Shown: positions 51,267 to 61,771 of the stretch, in pieces | Numbering within the stretch: position 1 is the stretch's first letter | Layout of the letters: the number at the start of each line of letters is the position of its first letter | Origin: an uncultured delta proteobacterium | Lineage (GTDB): Bacteria; Myxococcota; Myxococcia; Myxococcales; Myxococcaceae | Direction of reading: 5' to 3' | DNA length: 64,000 nucleotides | NCBI GenBank assembly: GCA_963776345.1 | Contig: CAVZMH010000012.1 | Coordinates: forward strand, 96,001-160,000 | Made by a program: the position numbers and the translations under genes | The notes under the pieces: model-generated | What the model was told of the DNA's origin: nothing | Database searches by the model: none | What the model saw: only the letters and a program-made list of their open reading frames with translations

Positions 51267-52184
51267 CTACCGGCCGAGCAGTGGGTTGAGGGCGTCGACC
51301 GTGAGCGGCCAGCCGTTCCGCTGGGCGGTCAGCTGGAGCGCCCGCGCGAACTCGGAGGCGGTCTGGAACCGCTTCGCGCGGTCGGCGAAGGTCGCCTGCC
51401 GCACAACGTGGGCCAGGTACTCGGGGACCCCGGACCGGATCGGCTCGAGCAGCGGAACCTGGGCGTCGCGCACCCGCTCGAGCAGGTCCAGCTCGTTCGC
51501 CTGGGGAAACAAGCGCCGGTTCGCGATCAGCTCCCAGAGGATGACCCCGACCGAGTAGAGGTCGCTGCGCGCGTCGATGGACTCGCCAACCACCTGCTCC
51601 GGGCTCATGTAGGCCACCGTCCCGCGCAGCGCGCCGGGCTCCGCCCGGGGGAAGCCGTCGAACTCGGCGATGCCGAAGTCCGTCAGCTTCACGTCGCCGC
51701 TGACAGAGAGCAGCACGTTCGACGGATTCACGTCCCGGTGAACCAGCGGGACGGCCGGGCTCGCGCCGATCCCGCCGTGCAGATATGCGAGCGCCTCGAG
51801 CAGACACCACGCGATGTAGTTGGCTGCGGGCAGCGGCATCGGCGTGCCGGACTGGATGAGGAGCTCGAGGAAGTAGCCCAGCGTCCGGCCCGCGACGAGC
51901 TCTTGGACCATCAGGTAGTCCGAGCCCGCCTTGAAGCAGCGGAAGGTACGCACCAGGTGCCGATGCTGGAGGCGCACGGCGATCTTCGCCTCGTCGATGA
52001 AGTGCTTCACGTGCGCGCCGTCGTTGCGATACGCGGGAAGCAGCCGCTTGAGCACGACCTCCGGTCCTTCTCCGGCGACGGGAGTGGTCGTGGGAAGCGG
52101 CCTGGCCTGATAGACCTCGGCCATCCCGCCAACCGCGAGACGACCCACGATCTCGTAGCCTCCGAGCTCTCGGTCCAGCGCCAC
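51267..52184 (-). CDS. Ser/Thr protein kinase (catalytic domain only)
   Basis: GGMAEVY, VLKR, HRDVNPSN, DFG, YMSPEQ, DLYSVG. Confidence 0.92.
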   Translation of the reverse strand: MALDRELGGYEIVGRLAVGGMAEVYQARPLPTTTPVAGEGPEVVLKRLLPAYRNDGAHVKHFIDEAKIAVRLQHRHLVRTFRCFKAGSDYLMVQELVAGRTLGYFLELLIQSGTPMPLPAANYIAWCLLEALAYLHGGIGASPAVPLVHRDVNPSNVLLSVSGDVKLTDFGIAEFDGFPRAEPGALRGTVAYMSPEQVVGESIDARSDLYSVGVILWELIANRRLFPQANELDLLERVRDAQVPLLEPIRSGVPEYLAHVVRQATFADRAKRFQTASEFARALQLTAQRNGWPLTVDALNPLLGR

Positions 52185-52283
52185 GGGTCAGGAGTCTACC
52201 GCGCAGCCCGGGGCCCCCGGCGGATCCTGTGGAAATCCGGCGGCGACCGACGCATTGTGCGCGGACCTCTTGAGGGAGCTTGG

Positions 52284-52613
52284 ATGGTCTTCGCGCCGAG
52301 TCTCGTGTCTGGCATTGGAGCGTTGCTCTTCACCGTCATCGGAGCCGTCATCGGGCTGCTCGGCCCGGTGCTGCTCCTCCCACTCTGGCGAATCTTCGGC
52401 GCCAAGACCGTGCCGCTCTCACTGCTCGCCTCGGTGGGTCTGGGCATCGCCGGGGGAGTGACCGCGGGGATGCTCACGCCGTTCTTCGCGCCGGCGGGGC
52501 AGATGTTCCACGCGGTGTGGTGGGGATTCCTGCTCGCGGCGGGCAATGCCGGCGGCGTGGTCTTTACCGGGGCGATGATCGCCTCGGTTCCGGCCCGGAA
52601 CGCCGGGTACTGA
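52284..52613 (+). CDS. Small hydrophobic membrane protein
   Basis: ATG after GAGGGAG; three hydrophobic segments. Confidence 0.55.
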   Translation: MVFAPSLVSGIGALLFTVIGAVIGLLGPVLLLPLWRIFGAKTVPLSLLASVGLGIAGGVTAGMLTPFFAPAGQMFHAVWWGFLLAAGNAGGVVFTGAMIASVPARNAGY

Positions 52614-52809
52614 ACCGTCCCAGGTTTGACGCCGACCGCCCGGTCCCGAGTCTCCCTGTGGTCCGGGAGCGAGCGGGCGCTTGCGACCGATTTCCGCCGA
52701 GTGTTTGCCACGCCCCGCCCCCGCCGCCAGAACGGGCGCGGGCCTGGTGGCTCCGGGCATCGGCCGGAGTCCGGCTCCGGTCGCAACCACCCGTCCTTCT
52801 TCACCTTCT

Positions 52810-52875
52810 CGAGGTGTCAGACACCTCGTAATGACAGACACCTCGTAATGGCCTCGTAATGGACACCTCGTCATG
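52810..52875 (-). repeat. REP-like array, locus H
   Basis: Core GGTGTCAGACACC at 52813 followed by 4x (GACA)CCTCGT(A/C)ATG. Confidence 0.9.
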
Positions 52876-52880
52876 GCGCC

Positions 52881-54299
52881 TCAGCGGGACTGCGGACTCG
52901 CGACGGGGTCGTCCCAGCCGCCGAGGTCGGCCGCCAGCCGTTCGGCGTCCCGGGGGCCCCAGCTCGCCGGCTCGTAGAACTGGAGCGGGGTGACGTTGCC
53001 CAGGATGGGCTCGACCACCGCCCATGCCGCCTCCACCGCGTCCTGCCGGACGAAGAGCGTAGCGTCCCCGTTCATCGCGTCGGTGAGCAGCCGCTCGTAC
53101 GCGTCCGCCTCGTCGCTGCTCTGCTGCTTCACCGCCGCCAGCTCCACCGTCTGCCCCACCAGCTCGGGACCCGGCTTCTTCACCCTTGCGCTGAGCGACA
53201 GCGCCATGTCCGGTCCGAGCCGGAAGCGGAAGGTGTTCGCGTCGCGCCGGGTGAGCTTCCGAAGCGGGGGCCGGCGCAGCTTCACCACCACCTCGGTCGC
53301 CGTCACCGGCATGCACTTCCCCGAGCGGATGAGGAACGGCACCCCGTCCCATCGCCACGACGAGACCTGGAGGCGGACCGCGGCGTACGTCTCCACCTGC
53401 GACGCGGGCGCGACCCCCGGCTCCTGCCGGTACCCTACGAACTGACCGCGGACCACGTCCTCGGGACGGATGGGCGGAATGGCCCGGAAGACGTCCCCCA
53501 CCTCGTTCCGCACCGATTCCCAGTACAGGTCGGACGGCGGCTCCATCGCCAGGAAGCCGATGACTTGAAGGAGGTGGTTCTGCACCACGTCCCGGATGCA
53601 GCCGGCCTCTTCGTAGAACCGGCCGCGTCCCTCCACGCCGAAGTTCTCGGCCATGGTGATCTGCACGCTCTCCACGTAGTTCCGGTTCCAGATCGGCTCC
53701 AGGAACGTGTTGGAGAAGCGGAAGAACAGGAGGTTCTCCACCGCCTCCTTCCCCAGGTAGTGGTCGATGCGAAAGACCGAGCGCTCGGGGAACACCTGGT
53801 GGAGGATCCGGTTCAGCTCCTCGGCGGAGGCGAGGTCCCGTCCGAACGGCTTCTCCACCACCACCCGCGCGCCCTCGGCGCAGCTCGAGCGGCTCAGCGC
53901 CTCGACGACCGTGGCGAACAGGGTGGGCGGGATCGCCAGGTAGTGCGTCGCCGCCCGCGCTCCCTCCAGCAGCGACTTGAGCTGGGTGAAGGTCGCGGGG
54001 TCGCCGTAGTCGCCATCGACGTAGCGCAGCTGCGACATCAGCTTGGAGAACGCCGGCTCGCGCACCCCGGCTCCGTGCTTCTCCACGCTCTCGCGCGCCC
54101 GCGCCTTCAGCTGCTCGAGCGTCCAGCCGGCCTTCGCCACGCCGATGACCGGACAGTCGAGAACACCGCTTTCCACCATCGACTGGAGCGCGGGGAAGAT
54201 CTTCTTGTAGGCCAGGTCACCGGTCGCACCGAAGAACACCAGCGCGTCGGAACGGGTGCTGGCCTTCGGGCCCTGCCAGAACGCATCCGCGCCGCTCAT
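52881..54299 (-). CDS. zwf: Glucose-6-phosphate 1-dehydrogenase
   Basis: [37 protein letters not shown]. Confidence 0.96.
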   Translation of the reverse strand: MSGADAFWQGPKASTRSDALVFFGATGDLAYKKIFPALQSMVESGVLDCPVIGVAKAGWTLEQLKARARESVEKHGAGVREPAFSKLMSQLRYVDGDYGDPATFTQLKSLLEGARAATHYLAIPPTLFATVVEALSRSSCAEGARVVVEKPFGRDLASAEELNRILHQVFPERSVFRIDHYLGKEAVENLLFFRFSNTFLEPIWNRNYVESVQITMAENFGVEGRGRFYEEAGCIRDVVQNHLLQVIGFLAMEPPSDLYWESVRNEVGDVFRAIPPIRPEDVVRGQFVGYRQEPGVAPASQVETYAAVRLQVSSWRWDGVPFLIRSGKCMPVTATEVVVKLRRPPLRKLTRRDANTFRFRLGPDMALSLSARVKKPGPELVGQTVELAAVKQQSSDEADAYERLLTDAMNGDATLFVRQDAVEAAWAVVEPILGNVTPLQFYEPASWGPRDAERLAADLGGWDDPVASPQSR

Positions 54300-54314
54300 G
54301 TCCGCGGACTCGTA

Positions 54315-55758
54315 TCAGCCGGCGAGCGAGGCGTACAGCCGTTCGTAGGCCGCGGCCGACGTCTCCCACGACCAGTCCTGCGCCATCCCGCGTCGCCGGA
54401 GCGCATCCAGCGCGTCACGCCGATGCCACCACCAGTCCATCGCCCGCCCGCTCGCCCAGAGCAACCCAGCTGCATCGAAGGTGCTGGAACTTGAAGCCGG
54501 TGCCATCCGGAAGGTCGGCGTCGCGCACCGTGTCCTCGAGACCGCCGGTGGCCCGCACCACCGGCACCGTCCCGTAGCGCAGCGAGTACATCTGGTTCAG
54601 GCCGCAGGGCTCGTAGAGCGAGGGCATCAGGAAGAAGTCGCACCCGGCCTCCACCAGGTGCGAGAGCCCCGGATCGAAGCCGATGAACGCGCGGACCCGG
54701 TCCGGCCGCGACGCCGAGAGATCGCGCAGCCCGTCCTCGTACCAGCGCTCTCCGTTGCCGACCACCACCGCCTCGGCGCCGCCATCCACCAGCACCGGCA
54801 GCGCCTCGAGCAGAAGCGAGATGCCTTTCTGCGCCGCGAGCCGGGTGACCACGCCGAACAGCGGCGCGGCCGAGACGACCTCCGGCTCCGGCAAGCCGAA
54901 CCGGTGACGAAGCTCCGCCTTGCACACCGCCTTCCCGGAGAGATCGTTCGCGTCGTACGGCGCCGGGATGAAGGGGTCGGCCCGCGGGTCCCACTCGTGT
55001 ACGTCGATGCCGTTCAGGATGCCGTGCAGCTCGTGGGCGCGCGCCCGGAGGAGGCCCTCGAGCATGCAGCCGTAGGCCTCGGTCTGGATCTCCCGGGCGT
55101 AGGTCGGGCTCACCGTGCTCAGCGCGTCGGCGAAGGCCAGGCCGGCCTTCATGAAGTTCACCTGGCCGTAGAACTCGAGCCCGCCCGGGGTGAACGCGTC
55201 CCAGGGCAGCCCGAGGTCTCCCATCGCGTCCTTGGAGAAGAGCCCCTGGTAGGCGAGGTTGTGGATGGTGAAGAGGCTGCTCGCCTCTCCCACCGACGTG
55301 CCGCGGAACCCGCGCGCCAGCGCCAGCGCCGCGAGCCCGGTCTGCCAGTCGTTCAGGTGCACCAGGTCCGGCGCGAACTGCATCGTCTGCGCCGCGACGA
55401 GCGCGCCCACCGAGAGAAAGGCGAAGCGCCGGTGGTTGTCCCCATAGTCCCCGCTCGAGTCGCCGTAGAGGCCGGCCCGGCCGAAGAACCCCGGGTGGTC
55501 GAGGAACCAGACCTCGTGCCGGGGCGCCGGGCGAGCGACGCGGATCGCCGCTCGCTCTTCGCCGAACGGGAAGCGCAACCGGACGGCACGTCCGGAGTCC
55601 TCCGCGTTCGGCACGCGCGCCGAGGCGTACAGCGGGGTGACGACCCGGACCTCGTGACCACGCGCCGAGAGCGCCCGCGGCAACGCGTGCGCCACGTCCC
55701 CGAGGCCGCCCGATTTGCTGTAGGGGGCGACCTCCGAGGCCACGTAGAGGATCTTCAT
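54315..55758 (-). CDS. glgA: Glycogen synthase, frameshift near 54480
   Basis: KSGGLGDV, HLNDWQT, TIHNLAYQG, EPCGLNQM, TGGLEDTV; C-terminus MAQDWSWETSAAAY in the adjacent frame. Confidence 0.93.
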
Positions 55759-55829
55759 CGGCCCACCATGCCCACTGCTGGCCGGGCGTCAACGCCCGAG
55801 TGCGCGGCGGCTCTGGTATGGAGGGGCCT

Positions 55830-56411
55830 ATGACGGATCCGTTTCAGCAGTTCGCGGAGTGGTTCCGTGAGGCCGAGGCCGCCGTTCCGGTGGACCCGAA
55901 TTCGATGGTGCTCTCCACCGTGGGGCCGGACGGCCGACCCAGCTCGCGCGTGGTGCTCCTCAAGGGGTTCGACCACGAGGGCTTCGTCTTCTACGGCAAC
56001 CTCGAATCGCGGAAATTCCGCGAGCTCCGGGCGCACCCCTGGGCCGCGCTGAACTTCCACTGGAAGCCGCTGGAGACGCAGGTGCGCATCGAGGGCCGCG
56101 TGACCCAGGTTTCGGACGCCGAGGCGGACGCGTACTTCGCCACCCGGCCGCGGGGGAGCCAGGTCGGCGCGTGGGCGTCGAAGCAGAGCGCGCCGCTCGC
56201 CAGCCGCGCGGCGCTCGAGGCGGCGGTGCGCGAGGTCGAGGGCCGGTACGCCGGCCGCGATGTCCCGCGTCCATCGCACTGGTCCGGCTTCCGGCTCGAG
56301 CCGGATCGGATCGAGTTCTGGAAGGCCGGCGAGTTCCGGCTGCACGACCGGCACGTGTTCCGCCGGCCGTCGCCCGACGCGCCGTGGGTCGAGGAGCGGC
56401 TCTACCCCTGA
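55830..56411 (+). CDS. pdxH: Pyridoxamine 5'-phosphate oxidase
   Basis: RVVLLKG, SRK, QVRIEG, YFATRPRGSQ, EFW, RLHDR, RLYP. Confidence 0.95.
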   Translation: MTDPFQQFAEWFREAEAAVPVDPNSMVLSTVGPDGRPSSRVVLLKGFDHEGFVFYGNLESRKFRELRAHPWAALNFHWKPLETQVRIEGRVTQVSDAEADAYFATRPRGSQVGAWASKQSAPLASRAALEAAVREVEGRYAGRDVPRPSHWSGFRLEPDRIEFWKAGEFRLHDRHVFRRPSPDAPWVEERLYP

Positions 56412-56415
56412 GAGT

Positions 56416-56668
56416 GCGGGGGCCGAGCCTGGACGCGCAGTGCTCGTGCGCCGCCGGGCCTCACCGCCACGGCGCTCCCCGTCGAGGCACGCCTCCCCGC
56501 GGTGCCGGGCAGTCCACGGCCGTCAACCTGTCGCGGGGCGTCGAGCCCCGACGCGCGGCGCTCGTGCGCCGGTCAGCGTCATCGGCGTGGCGCTCCCCCT
56601 CGAGTTCCAGCACGCCTCCCCGTGGTGCCGGGCACCCTGCAGCCGTCCCCTGTCGCGGGGACCGAGTC
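56416..56668. repeat. Imperfect tandem repeat, about 118-bp period, slightly over two copies
   Basis: GACGCGC..GCTCGTGCGCC..GGCGCTCCCC..GCACGCCTCCCCG.GGTGCCGGGCA..CCTGTCGCGGGG starting at 56432 and 56550. Confidence 0.7.
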
Positions 56669-56669
56669 G

Positions 56670-57350
56670 TCACCAGGGAATCTCGCGCCCCTGGAAGTCG
56701 AACATCCGACCGCTCTGCTCGGCCGTGAGCCCATCCACGATCCGGAGCATCCCGCGGATCGACTGTTCGGGTGGCACCGGCGCGGCGCTCCCGCCCATCC
56801 GCGTCTGCACCCACCCCGGATGGAGGGCCACGGTGCGGAACCCCTCGCCACGCAGGTCCTCGGCCAGGAGCCGGGTGGCCATGTTCAGCGCGACCTTGCT
56901 CAATCGATACGCGTACCGCCCCCCCGAGGCCTCGGCGATGCTCCCGAGCTGGCTGGTGAGGTTGACGATCTTCTTGCCTCCCCCGGCGCGCAGCCGCGGC
57001 AGGAGCGCACGGACCACCCGCAGCGTGCCGGCGGCGTTCACGTTGAAGACCCGCAGGATGTCGGGCGGGTCGATCGGTTCGCCGCCCTTCACCCCGGAGA
57101 CGCCGGCGTTGTTGATCAGCACGTCCACCGGACCGGGCGGGAGCTGCCCGGCGAAGGCCGCCACGCTCGCGTCGTCGGCGACGTCCAGCCGGTGGATCCG
57201 GAGCCGGGCGCCGGTGCGGGCCAGCGCCTGCAGCTCCGGCGCATCGTCCGGGTCACGCGCCGTCGCTTCCACGTCCTCGCCCCGCGCGGTCAGTTGCTTG
57301 ACGAACTCGAGCCCGATACCCCTGTTCGCACCGGTGACCACGAACCGCAT
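56670..57350 (-). CDS. Short-chain dehydrogenase/reductase (C-factor/CsgA-like subfamily)
   Basis: TGANRGIG, LINNAG, YRLSK, LHPGWVQTRMGG, terminal IPW. Confidence 0.88.
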   Translation of the reverse strand: MRFVVTGANRGIGLEFVKQLTARGEDVEATARDPDDAPELQALARTGARLRIHRLDVADDASVAAFAGQLPPGPVDVLINNAGVSGVKGGEPIDPPDILRVFNVNAAGTLRVVRALLPRLRAGGGKKIVNLTSQLGSIAEASGGRYAYRLSKVALNMATRLLAEDLRGEGFRTVALHPGWVQTRMGGSAAPVPPEQSIRGMLRIVDGLTAEQSGRMFDFQGREIPW

Positions 57351-57395
57351 GGCCGTGAGATAAGCAGCGGCCGCCCCGGGGGCGAGGGAAACCAC

Positions 57396-58766
57396 GTGCC
57401 GCACCTGCGAACTGCCATCGTCGGAGCCGGGATCTCCGGCCTCACACTCGCCTGGGCGCTCCGCGCGCGCGGGACACCGGTGACGGTGCTCGAGGCCGAC
57501 GACCGCGTCGGGGGCCAGATCCGCTCCTGGCTCGACGAGGGGTTCGTGCTCGAGTCCGGGCCGAACGGGTTCCTGGACCGTGACGGAGCCGTCGCCCGGG
57601 TGGCGACACAGCTGGGCATCGCCGACCGCCTCCGGCCTGCTTCCGTGGCCGCGGACCGGCGCGCACTGTTCGTGCGGGGGAAGCTCCGGTTCCTTCCGGC
57701 GAAGCCGCCCGAGCTCCTCCGCTCGGACATCGTGCCCTGGTGGGCCAAGCTCCGCCTGCTGCTCGAGCCGTTCAGCCGTCGCGGGCCGGCGGGGGTCGAC
57801 GAGAGCGTGGCCCAGTTCGGCCGCCGGCACCTCGGCCGTCACGTCACCGAGACGCTGCTCGACGCGGTGCAGACCGGCATCTTCGGCGGCGACTCGGAGC
57901 GGCTGAGCGTGCGCGCCGCTTTCCCGCGGTTGTACCAGATGGAGCAGAGTCACCGGAGCCTGCTGCTCGCGGCCCGCGCGATGCGCCCCTCGACGCGGGG
58001 TGCTCCTCTCCGGCTCGCGTCGTTCGAGGGTGGGCTCGAGACGCTGCCCCGCGCGCTCGGCGCGGCGCTGGGGGAGGCGGTCCGACTGGGAGTGCGGGTC
58101 CGTGCGCTCGACCCCGGAGGGAGTGGCTGGCAGGTGCGGTGGGAAGGCGGAGGCGATCGGTTCGATCGGGTGATCCTCACCGTCCCGCCCCGGATCTCCG
58201 CCGAGCTGCTCCGGCCCCTGGATGCGAGCATCGCCACGGCGCTCGACGCGATCCGCGCGGTGCCCATCTCGGTGGTGCACCTCGGCTGGCGGCCGGCGCT
58301 CGAGCCCGACCCGGAGGGCTTCGGTGTGCTCGTGCCCGCCCGGGAGCGGCGGCGGGTGCTGGGCGTCATCTTCGCCTCCTCGGCGTATCCGTTCCGCGCG
58401 CCCGGCGGTGGAACGCTGCTGACCACGCTGGTGGGCGGGGCGCACGGCGCCGGGTGGGCCGCGCTCCCCGATGTGGAGCTGGTGGCCCTGGTCCGCGAGG
58501 AGCTGCGCGCGATCGTCGGCGTGGAGAGGCCCCCCGACCTGGTGCGCATCGTGCGCTGGTCGCATGCCATCCCGCAGTACGAGATCGGCCACCAGGCGCG
58601 ACTGGAGGCGATCGCCTCGGCACTGCGGAGGCACCCGCCGCTGGTGCTCGCGGGGAGCGCGTTCCGCGGACCGGGCATCGCCGACTGTGTGCGGGAGTCA
58701 CTGGCGCTCGCCGAGACCATCGCGCCGGCGAGCGCGGCTCCAGGCGCCGTGGCCTCGAACGGCTGA
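57396..58766 (+). CDS. hemY: Protoporphyrinogen/coproporphyrinogen oxidase (HemY type)
   Basis: VGAGISGL, GGQIRS, ESGPNGF, DESVAQF, GFGVLVP, AIPQYEIGH. Confidence 0.9.
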   Translation: MPHLRTAIVGAGISGLTLAWALRARGTPVTVLEADDRVGGQIRSWLDEGFVLESGPNGFLDRDGAVARVATQLGIADRLRPASVAADRRALFVRGKLRFLPAKPPELLRSDIVPWWAKLRLLLEPFSRRGPAGVDESVAQFGRRHLGRHVTETLLDAVQTGIFGGDSERLSVRAAFPRLYQMEQSHRSLLLAARAMRPSTRGAPLRLASFEGGLETLPRALGAALGEAVRLGVRVRALDPGGSGWQVRWEGGGDRFDRVILTVPPRISAELLRPLDASIATALDAIRAVPISVVHLGWRPALEPDPEGFGVLVPARERRRVLGVIFASSAYPFRAPGGGTLLTTLVGGAHGAGWAALPDVELVALVREELRAIVGVERPPDLVRIVRWSHAIPQYEIGHQARLEAIASALRRHPPLVLAGSAFRGPGIADCVRESLALAETIAPASAAPGAVASNG

Positions 58767-58997
58767 GGCGTCCGGGTGCTCGCGGGGTGCCGTCGCGTCG
58801 GCGGGACGGGGGTGCACGCCCTGGCGACCACCGCCGACGGTCGGGGAGGGGCGGCGCCGCCGGGGAGCCTCTTCCGAGCTCCGCGGCTCCGGACCATGCC
58901 GCGCGGGCGCGATGGGTCCGGGCCTCGGGGCGAGCTCGGCTCCCTCGGACTCGCGCTGAGCTGGGCGCGCCGAGCAACGGCCTGGTCGGACGACGCT

Positions 58998-59852
58998 TCA
59001 GCTCGCCAGACTGCGCTTCTCGCAGCGCGCGATGCGCCCGCCCGAGGTCTCGATGAGCCAGTAGCCCTCGTGCCCCGCCTGGGTCGACGAGCCGGCGCCG
59101 AAGATGTGCGGGCGGTGCTCGGTGGCGGGGAAGTGGTAGCGCTGGTGGATGTGCCCGTGGAGCAGCGCGAACCGGTCGCCGGGCAGGAGCGCGAGGAGCG
59201 CCGGCGCGTCCACGAGCCCGTGCAGCAGCCGGTCGGGCTTTCCGAGCACGCCGAACGGCGCGTGGTGGACGACCACCAGCACGGCGCGGCCATCGAGCTC
59301 GGGGCGCTGGAGGATCGCGGCGAGGGCGTCCCGCTGCTTCCGGCCCACGACGCCGTACGAGAGCCCGGGGAAGTACGGCACGCGCGCCGACTGGAGCCCG
59401 ATGACCGCGTCGTGCTCGCCGAGGAGCCGGACGAAGGGGAAGCCCTCCTCGACGGCAACGTCGGGGAGGTCGGAGACCAGGAGGTTCCCGAAGGTCTGCT
59501 CGAACCGGCGGGTGCGATGCGCGCCCGGCGTGTACCGGTCGTGGTTTCCGGGGATGACCGTGCAGCGGCGCGGGTCCTCCGCCCAGCGGCCGAGGGCGTC
59601 GCGGACCCCCTGGAACTCGGCCGGCAGCGCGTAGGCGGTCAGGTCGCCCGAGAGAACAACGTGGTCGACCTGGAGCGTGCTGGCGTCCTCGAGGATGCGG
59701 CCGATGGTCTCCGGCGCGCGGGCGAACGCGCGGGCCCGGCCGCCGACGGTGAGCTCCATGAACGCGATCCAGCGGCGCCATCCGAGCCGCAGGAACGAGT
59801 GCCGGCGGTAGTTCGCCGTGACGTGGACGTCGGAGAAGTGGAGAAACCGCAT
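58998..59852 (-). CDS. Calcineurin-like metallophosphoesterase (Icc/CpdA-like)
   Basis: SDVH, SGDLT, PGNHD, HH, HGHIH. Confidence 0.9.
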   Translation of the reverse strand: MRFLHFSDVHVTANYRRHSFLRLGWRRWIAFMELTVGGRARAFARAPETIGRILEDASTLQVDHVVLSGDLTAYALPAEFQGVRDALGRWAEDPRRCTVIPGNHDRYTPGAHRTRRFEQTFGNLLVSDLPDVAVEEGFPFVRLLGEHDAVIGLQSARVPYFPGLSYGVVGRKQRDALAAILQRPELDGRAVLVVVHHAPFGVLGKPDRLLHGLVDAPALLALLPGDRFALLHGHIHQRYHFPATEHRPHIFGAGSSTQAGHEGYWLIETSGGRIARCEKRSLAS

Positions 59853-59940
59853 CGGGCGCCGGGCTCTTAGCAAGCCGCGGGCCCGCCGGCACGAGGCGTT
59901 CGGCGCGGCATCCTCCGGAAATCACGACCAGTGGAGCCTC

Positions 59941-60025
59941 GGTCCGAGGCGGTCTGAGGCCGGTCTGAGGGGTCTGAGGTGTCAGACACCTCGTAATGGA
60001 CACCTCGTCATGGACACCTCGTCAT
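59941..60025 (-). repeat. REP-like array, locus I
   Basis: 4x GGTC(T/C)GAGG, core GGTGTCAGACACC at 59978, 3x GACACCTCGT(A/C)AT. Confidence 0.9.
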
Positions 60026-60110
60026 CGTGATCGTGGGGCGGCCCCTGGCCAGGCGACAGGCCCCCGGGGCATTGCCGGGGAGGGGGCCATGTGGCACGTC
60101 TGAGCGACAC

Positions 60111-61058
60111 GTGACGGCGACGCATCGCGGCCGGTTCGCCCCGAGTCCCACGGGGCGGCTCCACCTCGGCAATGCCTGGGCGGCGGTGCTCGGCTGGTTG
60201 TGGGCCCGCTCGGAAGGCGGGGAGTTCCTGCTCCGGATCGAGGACCTGGACACCGCGCGGGCCCGGCAGGAGCTCACCGAGGCGCTCCTCGCCGACCTCG
60301 ACTGGCTCGGTCTGACCTTCGACGGACCTCCCATCTTCCAGAGCCGGCGCCTGGACCTCTACCGTGCTGCGTTCGAGCGGCTGCGGGCGGCCGGCAGGGT
60401 CTATCCGTGCCACTGCACACGGAGCGAGATCGCCCGCGCGGTCGCCGCCCCGCATGGCCCGGCGGACGAGGGGCCTCGCTACCCCGGCACGTGCCTCGCG
60501 CTCTCCGAGGACGAGAGCGCCGAGCGCTCCCGGACGCGCCCGCCGGCCTGGCGGTTCCGCCCCCGCGAGGGCAGCACCGAGGTGCGGGACCTGCTGCACG
60601 GCTCCTTCGCCCAGGACGTCGCGCAGGAGGTCGGCGACTTCGCGGTGCTGCGGAACGACGGCGTTCCGAGCTACCAGCTCGCGGTGGTGGTCGACGACGC
60701 GGCGATGGGCATCACCCACGTGCTCCGTGGTGACGACCTGCTCGCCTCCACGCCGCGGCAGGTCCAGCTCTGCGAGGCGCTCGGGCTCCCGGTTCCGGTC
60801 TACGCCCACGTGCCGCTGCTCCTCGGGCCGGACGGCAAGCGCCTCGCCAAGCGCGCGGGAACGCCGAGCCTCGCCCACCTGCGAGAGCGCCGTGTCACTC
60901 CGGAGCGGCTGGTGGGGCTGCTCGCCGGCTGGGCCGGCCTCGGCGACGGGAGGCCCGTGTCACTCCAGGCCCTGGTCCCCCGCTTCGCGCTCGACCGGCT
61001 CCCCCGCGCCCCGGTCGCGGTCGACCCGTCCGCCGTCCACGATGTCCTGTTCCGCTGA
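60111..61058 (+). CDS. gluQ: Glutamyl-queuosine tRNA(Asp) synthetase
   Basis: RFAPSPTGRLHLGN, LRIEDLD, CHC, YQLAVVVDD, RGDDL, KRLAKR; no anticodon-binding domain. Confidence 0.9.
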   Translation: MTATHRGRFAPSPTGRLHLGNAWAAVLGWLWARSEGGEFLLRIEDLDTARARQELTEALLADLDWLGLTFDGPPIFQSRRLDLYRAAFERLRAAGRVYPCHCTRSEIARAVAAPHGPADEGPRYPGTCLALSEDESAERSRTRPPAWRFRPREGSTEVRDLLHGSFAQDVAQEVGDFAVLRNDGVPSYQLAVVVDDAAMGITHVLRGDDLLASTPRQVQLCEALGLPVPVYAHVPLLLGPDGKRLAKRAGTPSLAHLRERRVTPERLVGLLAGWAGLGDGRPVSLQALVPRFALDRLPRAPVAVDPSAVHDVLFR

Positions 61059-61114
61059 GGCGGAGCGCCCTGCCTGGTGACGGCCGCCGTCACTGCGCGG
61101 TAGGACGCCTCGCG

Positions 61115-61714
61115 ATGACCTCCCGCATCCAGCCCGACGGCGCCCGCGTCGCGCTCCGCTGCGAGACGGATCCGCGCTGGCTCCCGAACGCCCTCGCGCA
61201 CCTCGACCAGGTGCTGGTCGACCACGCGCATTGCGAGAAGAAGGCCGCGGCGAACGCCCTCTCGCTGCTCCAGGCCTACCCCGAGGTGCCGGGCCTTCCC
61301 GGGCACATGGCACGGCTCGCACGCGAGGAGAGCGGGCACCTGGCGCGGGTGCTCCAGCTCCTCGAGAGGCGCGGACTCGCGCTCGGGCGCGACCCGGGAG
61401 ACCCCTACGCCCAGGCGCTCCAGGCGCTGGTCCGGACACCGGCGGCGCAGCGGCAGATGGACCGCTTCCTGGTCGCGGCGATCATCGAGGCCCGGAGCTG
61501 CGAGCGTCTCGCGCTGCTCGCCGGCGGACTCCCCGACCCGGAGCTGCGCCGGTTCTACGACGAGCTCGCCCGGAGCGAGGACGGGCACCAGAAGCTCTTC
61601 CTCCGGCTCGCCTCGCACGTGCACGACGAGGCGGTGGGGCCGCGCCTCGACCGGCTGCTGGAGGCCGAGGCGGAGCTGGTCCGGCGGCTGCCCATCCGCG
61701 CGGCGATCCACTGA
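61115..61714 (+). CDS. miaE: tRNA-(ms2io6A) hydroxylase, MiaE family
   Basis: DHAHCEKKAA, EESGH, IIEARSCER, SEDGH. Confidence 0.9.
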   Translation: MTSRIQPDGARVALRCETDPRWLPNALAHLDQVLVDHAHCEKKAAANALSLLQAYPEVPGLPGHMARLAREESGHLARVLQLLERRGLALGRDPGDPYAQALQALVRTPAAQRQMDRFLVAAIIEARSCERLALLAGGLPDPELRRFYDELARSEDGHQKLFLRLASHVHDEAVGPRLDRLLEAEAELVRRLPIRAAIH

Positions 61715-61771
61715 CCCCGCGCTCGACGAGCCGCTCCCGGGCCCGGTCAGCTGGGCGAGCCGCGCGCTGGA

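Noticed and set aside
56670..57350. Assignment as the myxobacterial C-signal gene csgA
   Set aside because: Subfamily motifs match, but many paralogs share them and orthology cannot be shown without a phylogeny.
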